Source: an uncultured virus (IMG/VR IMGVR_UViG_3300042465_005830) (taxonomy: Duplodnaviria; Heunggongvirae; Uroviricota; Caudoviricetes). Taken from it: a DNA stretch of 64,000 nt. This document shows positions 43,074 to 50,066 of the stretch, piece by piece. Numbering within the stretch: position 1 is the first letter of the stretch; each line of letters starts with the position of its first letter. Location of the stretch: the IMG/VR virus record IMGVR_UViG_3300042465_005830, positions 1 through 64,000 of that record; one strand, given 5' to 3'. Both the position numbers and the translations under genes were made by a program. A model generated the notes under the pieces. The model was not told the origin of the DNA and searched no databases. It worked only from the letters and a program-made list of their open reading frames with translations.

Positions 43074-43529
43074 ATGAAAAAATTATTTTTATTATTAGCA
43101 TTAGTATTTCTAGTATCAGCTGATACAGCTACTAAAGAATGTTATAAAGTAACAAAAGTGTCTTCACAAGTTGAAGCACCAGAAATGAAAAAAGAAAGAG
43201 TTGTATTCGGAATTAAACAAATGACTGAAGAAATTCTATCTGAAAAATACGATATATGTGAAGATGGAACTCCAGTTGAAGTAGAAGTGTTATCAGTTGA
43301 AGCACCTTCCACAAATACCTCTTTAGGACCATTCTCTAAAACTAAAAAAATTACTATTGTAAAATTAAGACTATTAGTAAAAGGAGAAGAATATTGGGGT
43401 CAAGGAGAAGCAAACACTACAGTTCAATCGACTTTCTTAGATTTGAACGACGATAATTTACCATTTAATAAAACATCATTCTCAGGAGCAGTTAAAAAAG
43501 CTTTAGTAGAAGCTGTTGGAGAAATGTAA
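43074..43529 (+). CDS. secreted hypothetical protein
   Basis: Signal peptide MKKLFLLLALVFLVSA. Confidence 0.6.
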   Translation: MKKLFLLLALVFLVSADTATKECYKVTKVSSQVEAPEMKKERVVFGIKQMTEEILSEKYDICEDGTPVEVEVLSVEAPSTNTSLGPFSKTKKITIVKLRLLVKGEEYWGQGEANTTVQSTFLDLNDDNLPFNKTSFSGAVKKALVEAVGEM

Positions 43530-43550
43530 TAAATTTCGTATCTTTATCAT

Positions 43551-43757
43551 ATGAAAGGTAAAGAATATACTATTACATACAAAAAACAGAAGTACGAACT
43601 AGATCCAGAATATTGGGACGAAGAACAGCCTAATAGTACTAGAGAGTTTCAATTGAGTCAACTTAAATACTGTGTAGAGGTAGGAGATTTTATTACCTTA
43701 GAAAATAGAATAAACAATATGCTCAAGTGGGGAGGTATAAAAAAGGTAGAGAAATAG
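43551..43757 (+). CDS. hypothetical protein
   Basis: ORF after a promoter-like motif. Confidence 0.55.
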   Translation: MKGKEYTITYKKQKYELDPEYWDEEQPNSTREFQLSQLKYCVEVGDFITLENRINNMLKWGGIKKVEK

Positions 43758-43810
43758 TTGTATTTCTCAATTAAAATACCTATATTATAGTATAATCAAA
43801 AATAAAGGAT

Positions 43811-43969
43811 ATGTCTAAAAATTCAGCAAAGAGTATTTATACTCAACTAATGGAATGGATTCCAACCTTAGGAAGAACATCAGTTCCTAAACAAGAACAA
43901 TCACAAAGTAAATTCAGCAAAGCTGATCACTACAAATCAAAAGGAGCATATGGCAAAGCAGGTAATTAA
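43811..43969 (+). CDS. small basic hypothetical protein (52 aa)
   Basis: Read manually: MSKNSAKSIYTQLMEWIPTL... Confidence 0.45.
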   Translation: MSKNSAKSIYTQLMEWIPTLGRTSVPKQEQSQSKFSKADHYKSKGAYGKAGN

Positions 43970-44216
43970 GTTTTATGCTAATTGGTGTGGTCCGTGTAAA
44001 GTATATGGACCTACATTTACAAAAGTAAGAGAAGAGTTAGAAAGTGATGAGATTACTTTCTTAGAAATTAATGTAGAGGAAGATACAGAAAACTTATCAG
44101 GTCAGCATAAGGTAAGAGGAATTCCTCACACAGTAGTTCTTCAAGACGGAGTAGAAGTAAAAGCTGCATCTGGAAGACTAGGGGTAGAAGAATTAAAAGA
44201 ATTAATTTTAAACTAA
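43950..44216 (+). CDS. thioredoxin
   Basis: FYANWCGPCK, VRGIP. Confidence 0.9.
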   Translation: MAKQVIKFYANWCGPCKVYGPTFTKVREELESDEITFLEINVEEDTENLSGQHKVRGIPHTVVLQDGVEVKAASGRLGVEELKELILN

Positions 44217-44228
44217 AAATCAAAACAA

Positions 44229-44537
44229 ATGTTACGTAATCCAGATACAATACCGGCAGGCGATACCCTTATCGAGGATCCAATCATGGAGCCATTCTTC
44301 ATTACACATTCTCCATCAGGAGGTTACACAGTTTATGAAAGAGTAAACAGAGGTAAAGACGATAAAGCATACCTAAGAACTGTAAGCTATCCAGCCACAT
44401 TCAATCATGCATTAAAAACAGTTTCAAAAGAGTTACTAAACTTTAATGAAAATAAACATTTCAAGACAATAAAGGAATATATTGAAACTTGGAACTCTAT
44501 TGAGCAAAAGATGCGAACAATGACTACTATCGATTAA
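44229..44537 (+). CDS. hypothetical protein
   Basis: ORF track. Confidence 0.6.
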   Translation: MLRNPDTIPAGDTLIEDPIMEPFFITHSPSGGYTVYERVNRGKDDKAYLRTVSYPATFNHALKTVSKELLNFNENKHFKTIKEYIETWNSIEQKMRTMTTID

Positions 44538-44547
44538 GAAAGAGAGT

Positions 44548-44697
44548 ATGGTAGAGACATTTAAACATGCGTTGGGACTATGTGGAGAGCATTGGCATCC
44601 TAATTTACTAAACATTTCTGCATTTTTTGTTGCAGTAGGAGGAAGTATTTCGTATATTAAATACAGAATTAAATCGTTATGGAAGAAAGAGGATTAA
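44548..44697 (+). CDS. small membrane protein (49 aa)
   Basis: Read manually: MVETFKHALGLCGEHWHPNLLNISAFFVAVGG... Confidence 0.5.
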   Translation: MVETFKHALGLCGEHWHPNLLNISAFFVAVGGSISYIKYRIKSLWKKED

Positions 44698-44924
44698 TAT
44701 CTTTATACGATTACTTAGGTTATGCTGCAGGACAAGAGTTAGGAGACAAAGTATATAAAGCAGCTCTTAAAGCAAAACAGGAAGTAGGAACTAGAGAAAT
44801 TTCAAATACTCGATACAAAGGAAAGGTAATGCTTTATAAGAGGGAATTTTTACAAGAGTATTTTAAAACTGAACAATCAGAAGTAGAACCTTCCTTAGGA
44901 GATCGTCAAAGTTATCAATTATAA
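44679..44924 (+). CDS. hypothetical protein
   Basis: ORF track. Confidence 0.6.
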   Translation: MEERGLISLYDYLGYAAGQELGDKVYKAALKAKQEVGTREISNTRYKGKVMLYKREFLQEYFKTEQSEVEPSLGDRQSYQL

Positions 44925-44929
44925 AAGTT

Positions 44930-45124
44930 ATGGCTACATTAAGAAAATACGAAACTGTAACAGATGTTAATGTTTATGAAGTAAATCTTACTGACGAACA
45001 ATTAACAATGTATAAAGAAAATGAAGATCTTTTCTGGGAAACATTCGATAGCGATTTAGATTGGGAATTCAGTTATGACAAAGTCGGTGATCCTGAATTA
45101 GAATTTGAATTAAGAGAAAACTAA
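44930..45124 (+). CDS. acidic hypothetical protein
   Basis: ORF track. Confidence 0.5.
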   Translation: MATLRKYETVTDVNVYEVNLTDEQLTMYKENEDLFWETFDSDLDWEFSYDKVGDPELEFELREN

Positions 45125-45175
45125 AAGCGTTTGCCTATACGCTTAAAATACCTGGCTTATTTAAAATTATAAATT

Positions 45176-46066
45176 ATGTCTAAAAAACATGTTGTAGTAT
45201 CCTTATCAGGAGGAATGGACTCAAGTACCTTATTACTTAGATGTCTAAAAGAGTATGACACAGTTACAGCTATTAGCTTTGACTATGGTCAAAAACACAG
45301 AGTAGAGTTAGAGAGAGCTCAATCATTAGTAGAGTACCTTAATGGTTGCTCTGAAAAAGCGGAACAAGATCAATTAGGTACAATTACGGTAGTAGGAAAA
45401 AACTACAATGAAGTTATGTATCGCCAAATCCAATTAAAAGGATTAGTTGATTTACTAGATTCAGCTTTAGTAACAGGAGGTGAAGATGTACCAGAAGGTC
45501 ACTATGCAGAAGATAATATGAAAGCAACAGTTGTTCCTAACAGAAACAAAATATTTGCTTCTATTACTCAAGCAGTAGCTTTATCAGTTGCAAATAGAAC
45601 AGGAGAGACTTGTGATATTGCAATGGGTATCCATGCAGGTGATCATGCAATTTATCCAGACTGTAGACAAGAATTTAGAGATGCAGATGATGCAGCTTTT
45701 AGAATGGGTAACTGGGAAGCAGAAAGAGTAGGGTATTTTACACCTTACTTAGAAGGAGATAAATTTACTATCTTACAAGACGGAGAAGTATTATGTAAAG
45801 AGTTAGGATTAGACTTTGATGAAGTTTATTCAAGAACTAATACATCTTACAAACCAATTAAAATGGTATACCATGACCCAGTAACATTTGAAAAATTTGA
45901 AGAATGGTTCTCAGATTATAAATCAGCTTCATCAGTTGAAAGAGTAGAAGCATTTATTAAATTAGGAAGACCTGATCCAGCTCCTTACGCAGACGAAACA
46001 GGACCAGTAACATGGGAACATGTAGTAACAGAAGTAACAAAAGTATTAAATAACCATAACAATTAA
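45176..46066 (+). CDS. queC: 7-cyano-7-deazaguanine synthase
   Basis: SLSGGMDS PP-loop, FDYGQKH, TVVPNRN, HAGDHAIYPDCR. Confidence 0.88.
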   Translation: MSKKHVVVSLSGGMDSSTLLLRCLKEYDTVTAISFDYGQKHRVELERAQSLVEYLNGCSEKAEQDQLGTITVVGKNYNEVMYRQIQLKGLVDLLDSALVTGGEDVPEGHYAEDNMKATVVPNRNKIFASITQAVALSVANRTGETCDIAMGIHAGDHAIYPDCRQEFRDADDAAFRMGNWEAERVGYFTPYLEGDKFTILQDGEVLCKELGLDFDEVYSRTNTSYKPIKMVYHDPVTFEKFEEWFSDYKSASSVERVEAFIKLGRPDPAPYADETGPVTWEHVVTEVTKVLNNHNN

Positions 46067-46070
46067 GATT

Positions 46071-46460
46071 ATGTTTGAAGCAACAGGAACAGCAACAATA
46101 AACGGATATTCAGGAACAACTATCAACACAAACCTCGGAACAGTAGGAATGGGTAATATTAATCCATCAACAAAATTAGAAGTAACATCTGGACTAACCT
46201 TATCAGGAAATTCAACAATTAATTATTCACATTCAAATTTAATACCAAATAATATGAGACCAACTCAAGCAAAAGTAGCAGTATTCACAATCACAAGAGA
46301 TGCGGATACAAATGAAATCAATTCAACAAAATTTGTAAAAGAATTATGGGTTGAGCAAAAAAACGGAGCATCAATTGATTTAATTGTTGCAAAACATTTA
46401 GATAAAGATTTTGATCCAGAAACTACAGTTATTAAAGTTTTATCAACAGTATCTTTTTAA
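46071..46460 (+). CDS. hypothetical protein
   Basis: ORF track. Confidence 0.5.
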   Translation: MFEATGTATINGYSGTTINTNLGTVGMGNINPSTKLEVTSGLTLSGNSTINYSHSNLIPNNMRPTQAKVAVFTITRDADTNEINSTKFVKELWVEQKNGASIDLIVAKHLDKDFDPETTVIKVLSTVSF

Positions 46461-46528
46461 TAAAAAAGTTGCTCAATTGAATTAAAGTTCTTATCTTTAA
46501 GTATTATTAACAACAAAAGAAAATAAAA

Positions 46529-46726
46529 ATGAAAAAAGTATTTTTAGCATTAGCATTAGTAGCAACAGTATTAGTTTCTTGTAACAAAGTAAACACAGCT
46601 GAAACCTCAACAGTAGACTCAACAGCAGTAGTAGTTGATTCAGTAGCAGTTGATACAACTCAAGAGGCTGCAATTATCGCAACAGAAGCAGTACAAGATT
46701 CAATCGACGCTGCAACTACAAAGTAA
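46529..46726 (+). CDS. small lipoprotein
   Basis: Lipobox LVSC; VDST repeats typical of Bacteroidota lipoproteins. Confidence 0.7.
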   Translation: MKKVFLALALVATVLVSCNKVNTAETSTVDSTAVVVDSVAVDTTQEAAIIATEAVQDSIDAATTK

Positions 46727-46847
46727 TTTACCAATGCTCGCTGTTAATTGAGAGGTAGAGTGTATTAATTTCCGAACAAGGGTTTATAGTAGGAAGGCGC
46801 CACTTATTGCACTCAATCAGAAACCCTGAAAGACCAAGGTTGGTAAA
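46727..46847 (+). ncRNA. unidentified structured RNA
   Basis: Terminal helix TTTACCAA/TTGGTAAA; internal GAGTGTA/TGCACTC and AGGGTTT/AAACCCT complementarities. Confidence 0.45.
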
Positions 46848-46851
46848 AAAA

Positions 46852-46940
46852 GAATCGGTTGGTGTAATCGGGAATGAATACCGACAGAGGGTAACACCGC
46901 TTCTAAGCGGGATGAGGGTTCGAATCCCTCACCGATTCCA
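46852..46940 (+). ncRNA. tRNA-like RNA with expanded D-loop and aberrant anticodon arm
   Basis: Acceptor GAATCGGT/ACCGATTC; T-arm GAGGG-TTCGAAT-CCCTC; D-loop insert; CCGC-TTCTAA-GCGG. Confidence 0.55.
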
Positions 46941-46943
46941 AAC

Positions 46944-47040
46944 AGTCAGGAGACCATTGGTTGGTGGCACCTCCCCAAGGTTTAGTTGAAATATACTATT
47001 TATGGCAAAGCTGGAGCAGGTTCGAATCCTGTCCTGACTA
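46944..47040 (+). ncRNA. tRNA-like RNA (acceptor + T arm only)
   Basis: AGTCAGG/CCTGACT and GCAGG-TTCGAAT-CCTGT; non-canonical interior. Confidence 0.5.
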
Positions 47041-47081
47041 CAAAATTAAACTACTGTTCTTTGAAATAAAAATTATAAATT

Positions 47082-47393
47082 ATGGAACAAATTTTAGCAT
47101 TTGTTTTAGGGGTTGGTATAGCTCTCCTTGCATGGGGGGTTGTGGTAGCGTTTAGAACAGCAAGCAAAGTAGCAAAGCAAGAAAAAGAGTTAACTGAAAT
47201 ACAGAACTGGATTTCTAGAAACGATGAATTAGTAAATCGTAGAATTGATCAGGAAGTTGATCGAGTAAACAAACTACACTCAGACTGTATTTCCTATACA
47301 GACTCCAGAGTAGACAAATTAGAACAAAAACTTACGTCAATTAACAATGATGGATGTGAGCCAGTTAAGAAAAAAAAATTAATAAACGGATAA
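47082..47393 (+). CDS. membrane-anchored coiled-coil protein
   Basis: N-terminal TM segment plus coiled coil. Confidence 0.6.
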   Translation: MEQILAFVLGVGIALLAWGVVVAFRTASKVAKQEKELTEIQNWISRNDELVNRRIDQEVDRVNKLHSDCISYTDSRVDKLEQKLTSINNDGCEPVKKKKLING

Positions 47394-47533
47394 ATTAATC
47401 CAAAGAACAGTAGTTGTTTTATAAAATAAAAGTTCGTATATTTATAATATATAAAAACACAAAGAAAAAAAATTAAAATATAGTTGGACTGGAATGGAAA
47501 AGTTCATATATTTATATATAGAAAGCAAATAAA

Positions 47534-47677
47534 ATGAAAGCAATTCAAAACATACATCAACAACTTAGCACAGCGACAAGAGCATTGAATACGTGGTCGG
47601 ATTCGTTATGTGGGGATGTCATTTTAGGCTTTGCTGGATATAATAACGAACCGAAACAAGGAGGTACCGGGGTATGA
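47534..47677 (+). CDS. putative leader peptide (47 aa, contains all 20 amino acids)
   Basis: MKAIQNIHQQLSTATRALNTWSDSLCGDVILGFAGYNNEPKQGGTGV; lies after a promoter-like motif and before a terminator. Confidence 0.55.
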   Translation: MKAIQNIHQQLSTATRALNTWSDSLCGDVILGFAGYNNEPKQGGTGV

Positions 47678-47713
47678 TATGATATAGTATAAAATACATA
47701 TTATAAGTAAGGT

Positions 47714-47743
47714 ACCCGGATCAAAAAAAGATTCGGGTTTTTT
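47714..47743 (+). terminator. intrinsic terminator / putative attenuator
   Basis: ACCCGGATC-aaaaaaa-GATTCGGGT followed by TTTTT. Confidence 0.75.
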
Positions 47744-47836
47744 ATTAAAAAAAAGTTGCTAGAAAGAAAAAAAAATCGTATCTTTAGGTACAGAAATAAA
47801 GAATAAGAGTTCATTGACATATTGGATAAAGCATAG

Positions 47837-47920
47837 GGAAGGCATCCGGCTGGATCAGGAGCCACTCTTGAAAAGTGGTAGCAGGTAATACTGTTGTGGG
47901 TTCGAGTCCCACGTCTTCCT
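47837..47920 (+). tRNA. tRNA-Ser(TGA)
   Basis: CCACT-CTTGAAA-AGTGG, long variable arm, TTCGA T-loop. Confidence 0.85.
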
Positions 47921-47926
47921 CAATAT

Positions 47927-47998
47927 TGGCTTATAGTGTAACGGTTAGCACAAAACACTTTGACTGTTTTAGTCTAGGTTCGAATCCTAGTAAGCCAA
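47927..47998 (+). tRNA. tRNA-Gln(TTG)
   Basis: AAACA-CTTTGAC-TGTTT cloverleaf. Confidence 0.9.
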
Positions 47999-48213
47999 CA
48001 AATAATTGTAAGTAATGAAAGCCTATCCCAACACTTGATCAGTAAGTAGGACGGTTAGTAAAGAAAGCATTATCAGTAAGTAGTGGAGAAATCCATATGG
48101 AGAAAACGATGCAAGACATGAGTACAGGGAATCAGCCCGATGGCTTTGCTTACGGAAATTACAGTAGTTTTGAGATGGGCGAATTCTACTTTAAAAAAAT
48201 AATCCCTTCACCA

Positions 48214-48289
48214 CTGGTAGTAGAGGAGTCCGGTTTATCTCGCTGGCCTTGGACGCTAGAGCACGCAGGTTCGAATCCTGCCTACCAGA
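48214..48289 (+). tRNA. tRNA-Pro(TGG)
   Basis: CTGGC-CTTGGAC-GCTAG. Confidence 0.88.
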
Positions 48290-48296
48290 CGAGAAG

Positions 48297-48495
48297 AGAC
48301 TGTTACTAATTCATAGAAGACCACGCGAGTAAGTCCTCGAAGCGTAGAATTAGATTTGCCTTCGAAGCTCATGTGGACGGGCACCGGGCTTTTAACTCGG
48401 GGGTAGCTGGTTCGAGGCCAGCCGGGGGTACAAAAGAAGACTGTTACTAATTCATAGAAGGGCTTTTAGACCGAAGCGTAGAATTAGATTTGCCT
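48297..48495 (+). repeat. two copies of a bipartite spacer element preceding tRNA-Lys and tRNA-Val
   Basis: AGACTGTTACTAATTCATAGAAG at 48297 and 48438; CGAAGCGTAGAATTAGATTTGCCT at 48338 and 48472. Confidence 0.85.
48358..48430 (+). tRNA. tRNA-Lys(TTT)
   Basis: CCGGG-CTTTTAA-CTCGG. Confidence 0.8.
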
Positions 48496-48562
48496 CGTTG
48501 GCGTAATGGTAGCGTATTTGTTTTACATGCAAAGGGCGATAGTTCGATTCTATCACGAGGTA
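48492..48562 (+). tRNA. tRNA-Val(TAC)
   Basis: TTTGT-TTTACAT-GCAAA. Confidence 0.85.
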
Positions 48563-48661
48563 CAAAATTCTGGGTAGCAAGTAAAATACCGGCAAGTATT
48601 TTCAAGACTATATGGAGTCTATTATGAGTTAGTAATTTGCCGATGAAAGCTTGTTATAGTT

Positions 48662-48733
48662 TCGTTCTTGGTAGATTGGTGACTACGCTGCCCGTGGAGG
48701 GTGGAGAAGCAGGTTCGATTCCTGTAGAATGAT
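48662..48733 (+). tRNA. degenerate tRNA (His/Pro-like, anticodon loop lacks U33)
   Basis: Acceptor TCGTTCT/AGAATGA and T-arm intact; loop CGTGGAG. Confidence 0.5.
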
Positions 48734-48739
48734 CAAATT

Positions 48740-48822
48740 GGGATGCTTCAGTCACTGGTGTGATAAGCGGTCTGTAAAATCGTTGCTGTAAGAAGCGTGT
48801 GGTTCGATTCCACAGTATCCCA
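48740..48822 (+). tRNA. tRNA-Tyr(GTA)
   Basis: GCGGT-CTGTAAA-ATCGT, long variable arm. Confidence 0.8.
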
Positions 48823-48827
48823 CAATT

Positions 48828-48900
48828 GGACCTTTTGTATAGCTGGTGCGTACGCTAGTCTGAAGAACTAGAGGAACAGGTTCGATTCCTGTAGGGTCCA
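48828..48900 (+). tRNA. tRNA-Phe(GAA)
   Basis: CTAGT-CTGAAGA-ACTAG. Confidence 0.88.
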
Positions 48901-48905
48901 CAACC

Positions 48906-48977
48906 GGGTTTGTCGTATAAAGGTTATTACGGATGACTGTTAATCATCTTATGGAGGTTCGATTCCTCCCAGGCCCG
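48906..48977 (+). tRNA. tRNA-Asn(GTT)
   Basis: GATGA-CTGTTAA-TCATC. Confidence 0.88.
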
Positions 48978-48986
48978 CAATTAAAT

Positions 48987-49130
48987 GCTCGTATAACAGG
49001 TAGTGTGGTAGCTCCCCAACCTGAAGTGGGATAACGTGACGGTCAATCGTAAAAGCTCAAGGTACGTAACAAGTAGCAGTTGGTTGGAGTAAGTGACTTA
49101 TCGAGGTTGGTTCGATTCCAGCTATGAGCA
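48987..49130 (+). ncRNA. 144-nt tRNA-like RNA with large non-canonical interior
   Basis: Acceptor GCTCGTA/TATGAGC+A; T-arm GTTGG-TTCGATT-CCAGC. Confidence 0.55.
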
Positions 49131-49137
49131 CAAAAAT

Positions 49138-49211
49138 AGGTAATTAGCTCAATTGGTTAGAGCACTCGCCTGATACGTGAGAGGTTATAGGTTCGATTCC
49201 TATATTACCTA
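49138..49211 (+). tRNA. tRNA-Ile(GAT)
   Basis: CTCGC-CTGATAC-GTGAG. Confidence 0.9.
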
Positions 49212-49216
49212 CAAAG

Positions 49217-49299
49217 GGAAAGTAAATCAACTAGGAGTTGAGACCGCTTGCTAAGCGTATCGTGCCTTCGGGCATGGGGTTCGATACCTCTGCTTTCCT
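49217..49299 (+). tRNA. tRNA-Ser(GCT)
   Basis: TTGCTAA loop; long variable arm TGCC-TTCG-GGCA. Confidence 0.75.
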
Positions 49300-49505
49300 C
49301 AAAAAAACCTCCTCACCGTCCTCACAACGCATCTAAGGAATGCAGGAGAAGGAAGTACGAACGGGGCCCCGTGGTAAGACACTTTAAAATCAGATAGTAC
49401 AGCGATAGGGTAAGAGGTTCCCTATCAACTACCGACTTGATCTAGGATCGAGAATATCTCATAAGTATTCTCAGACAAGAGCGTAACTTGTAGTCGGTAC
49501 AATAT

Positions 49506-49579
49506 GGTGATTGTAGCTGAATTGGTAAAGCGTCTGATTGTGGTTCAGGAGATTGTGGGTTCGAGTCCCATCTTTCACA
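49506..49579 (+). tRNA. tRNA-His(GTG)
   Basis: TCTGA-TTGTGGT-TCAGG; encoded G-1; two U-U pairs in the acceptor stem. Confidence 0.8.
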
Positions 49580-49586
49580 CAAACAT

Positions 49587-49666
49587 ATCCCTGTGGTGAA
49601 AATGGTAAACACACCAGGCTTAAAACTTGGCGCTCAGGCTTGCTGGTTCGACTCCAGTCAGGGGTA
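49587..49666 (+). tRNA. tRNA-Leu(TAA)
   Basis: CCAGG-CTTAAAA-CTTGG. Confidence 0.85.
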
Positions 49667-49742
49667 CAAAGAGAGAGATGTAGGACTAATTGCCTACCCT
49701 GTTGCATAGCAGAAAGTAGCTTAAATAAAGCCTCTCTTATTT

Positions 49743-49814
49743 GGTCTTATAGTTTAATTGGAAAAACTTATCGCTACGAACGATAGAACGTAGGTTCGAC
49801 TCCTACTAAGACCT
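49743..49814 (+). tRNA. tRNA-Arg(ACG)
   Basis: TATCG-CTACGAA-CGATA. Confidence 0.88.
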
Positions 49815-49819
49815 CAACT

Positions 49820-49891
49820 GCCCGTATAGTTTAATCGGAAGAACTAAACGCTTCTAACGTTTCAGTCCTGGTTCAAGTCCAGGTATGGGTT
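49820..49891 (+). tRNA. tRNA-Arg(TCT)
   Basis: AAACG-CTTCTAA-CGTTT. Confidence 0.88.
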
Positions 49892-49963
49892 CAAAAAAAT
49901 CGTCCCTCATAAGGGTTAAGTAGATGAGGCTAATCTAGGTAGGTTAAGCGATACCCTACAAAT

Positions 49964-50034
49964 GCGTTCCACAGACAAGGTGTCGGTCAGGTCTCCAAAA
50001 CCTCGACGGCTGGGTTCGATTCCTAGGGTTCGCG
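49964..50034 (+). tRNA. tRNA-Trp(CCA), non-canonical D arm
   Basis: AGGT-CTCCAAA-ACCT; T-arm CTGGG-TTCGATT-CCTAG. Confidence 0.7.
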
Positions 50035-50066
50035 CAAATATATTGTTTCATTAAAAAAAGTAAATC

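Noticed and set aside
48297..48495. Possible CRISPR array
   Set aside because: There are only two bipartite copies, they are separated by a tRNA, and no cas genes are present.
48987..49130. tmRNA
   Set aside because: It is too short, lacks the G3-U70 alanine identity pair, and has no evident tag reading frame.
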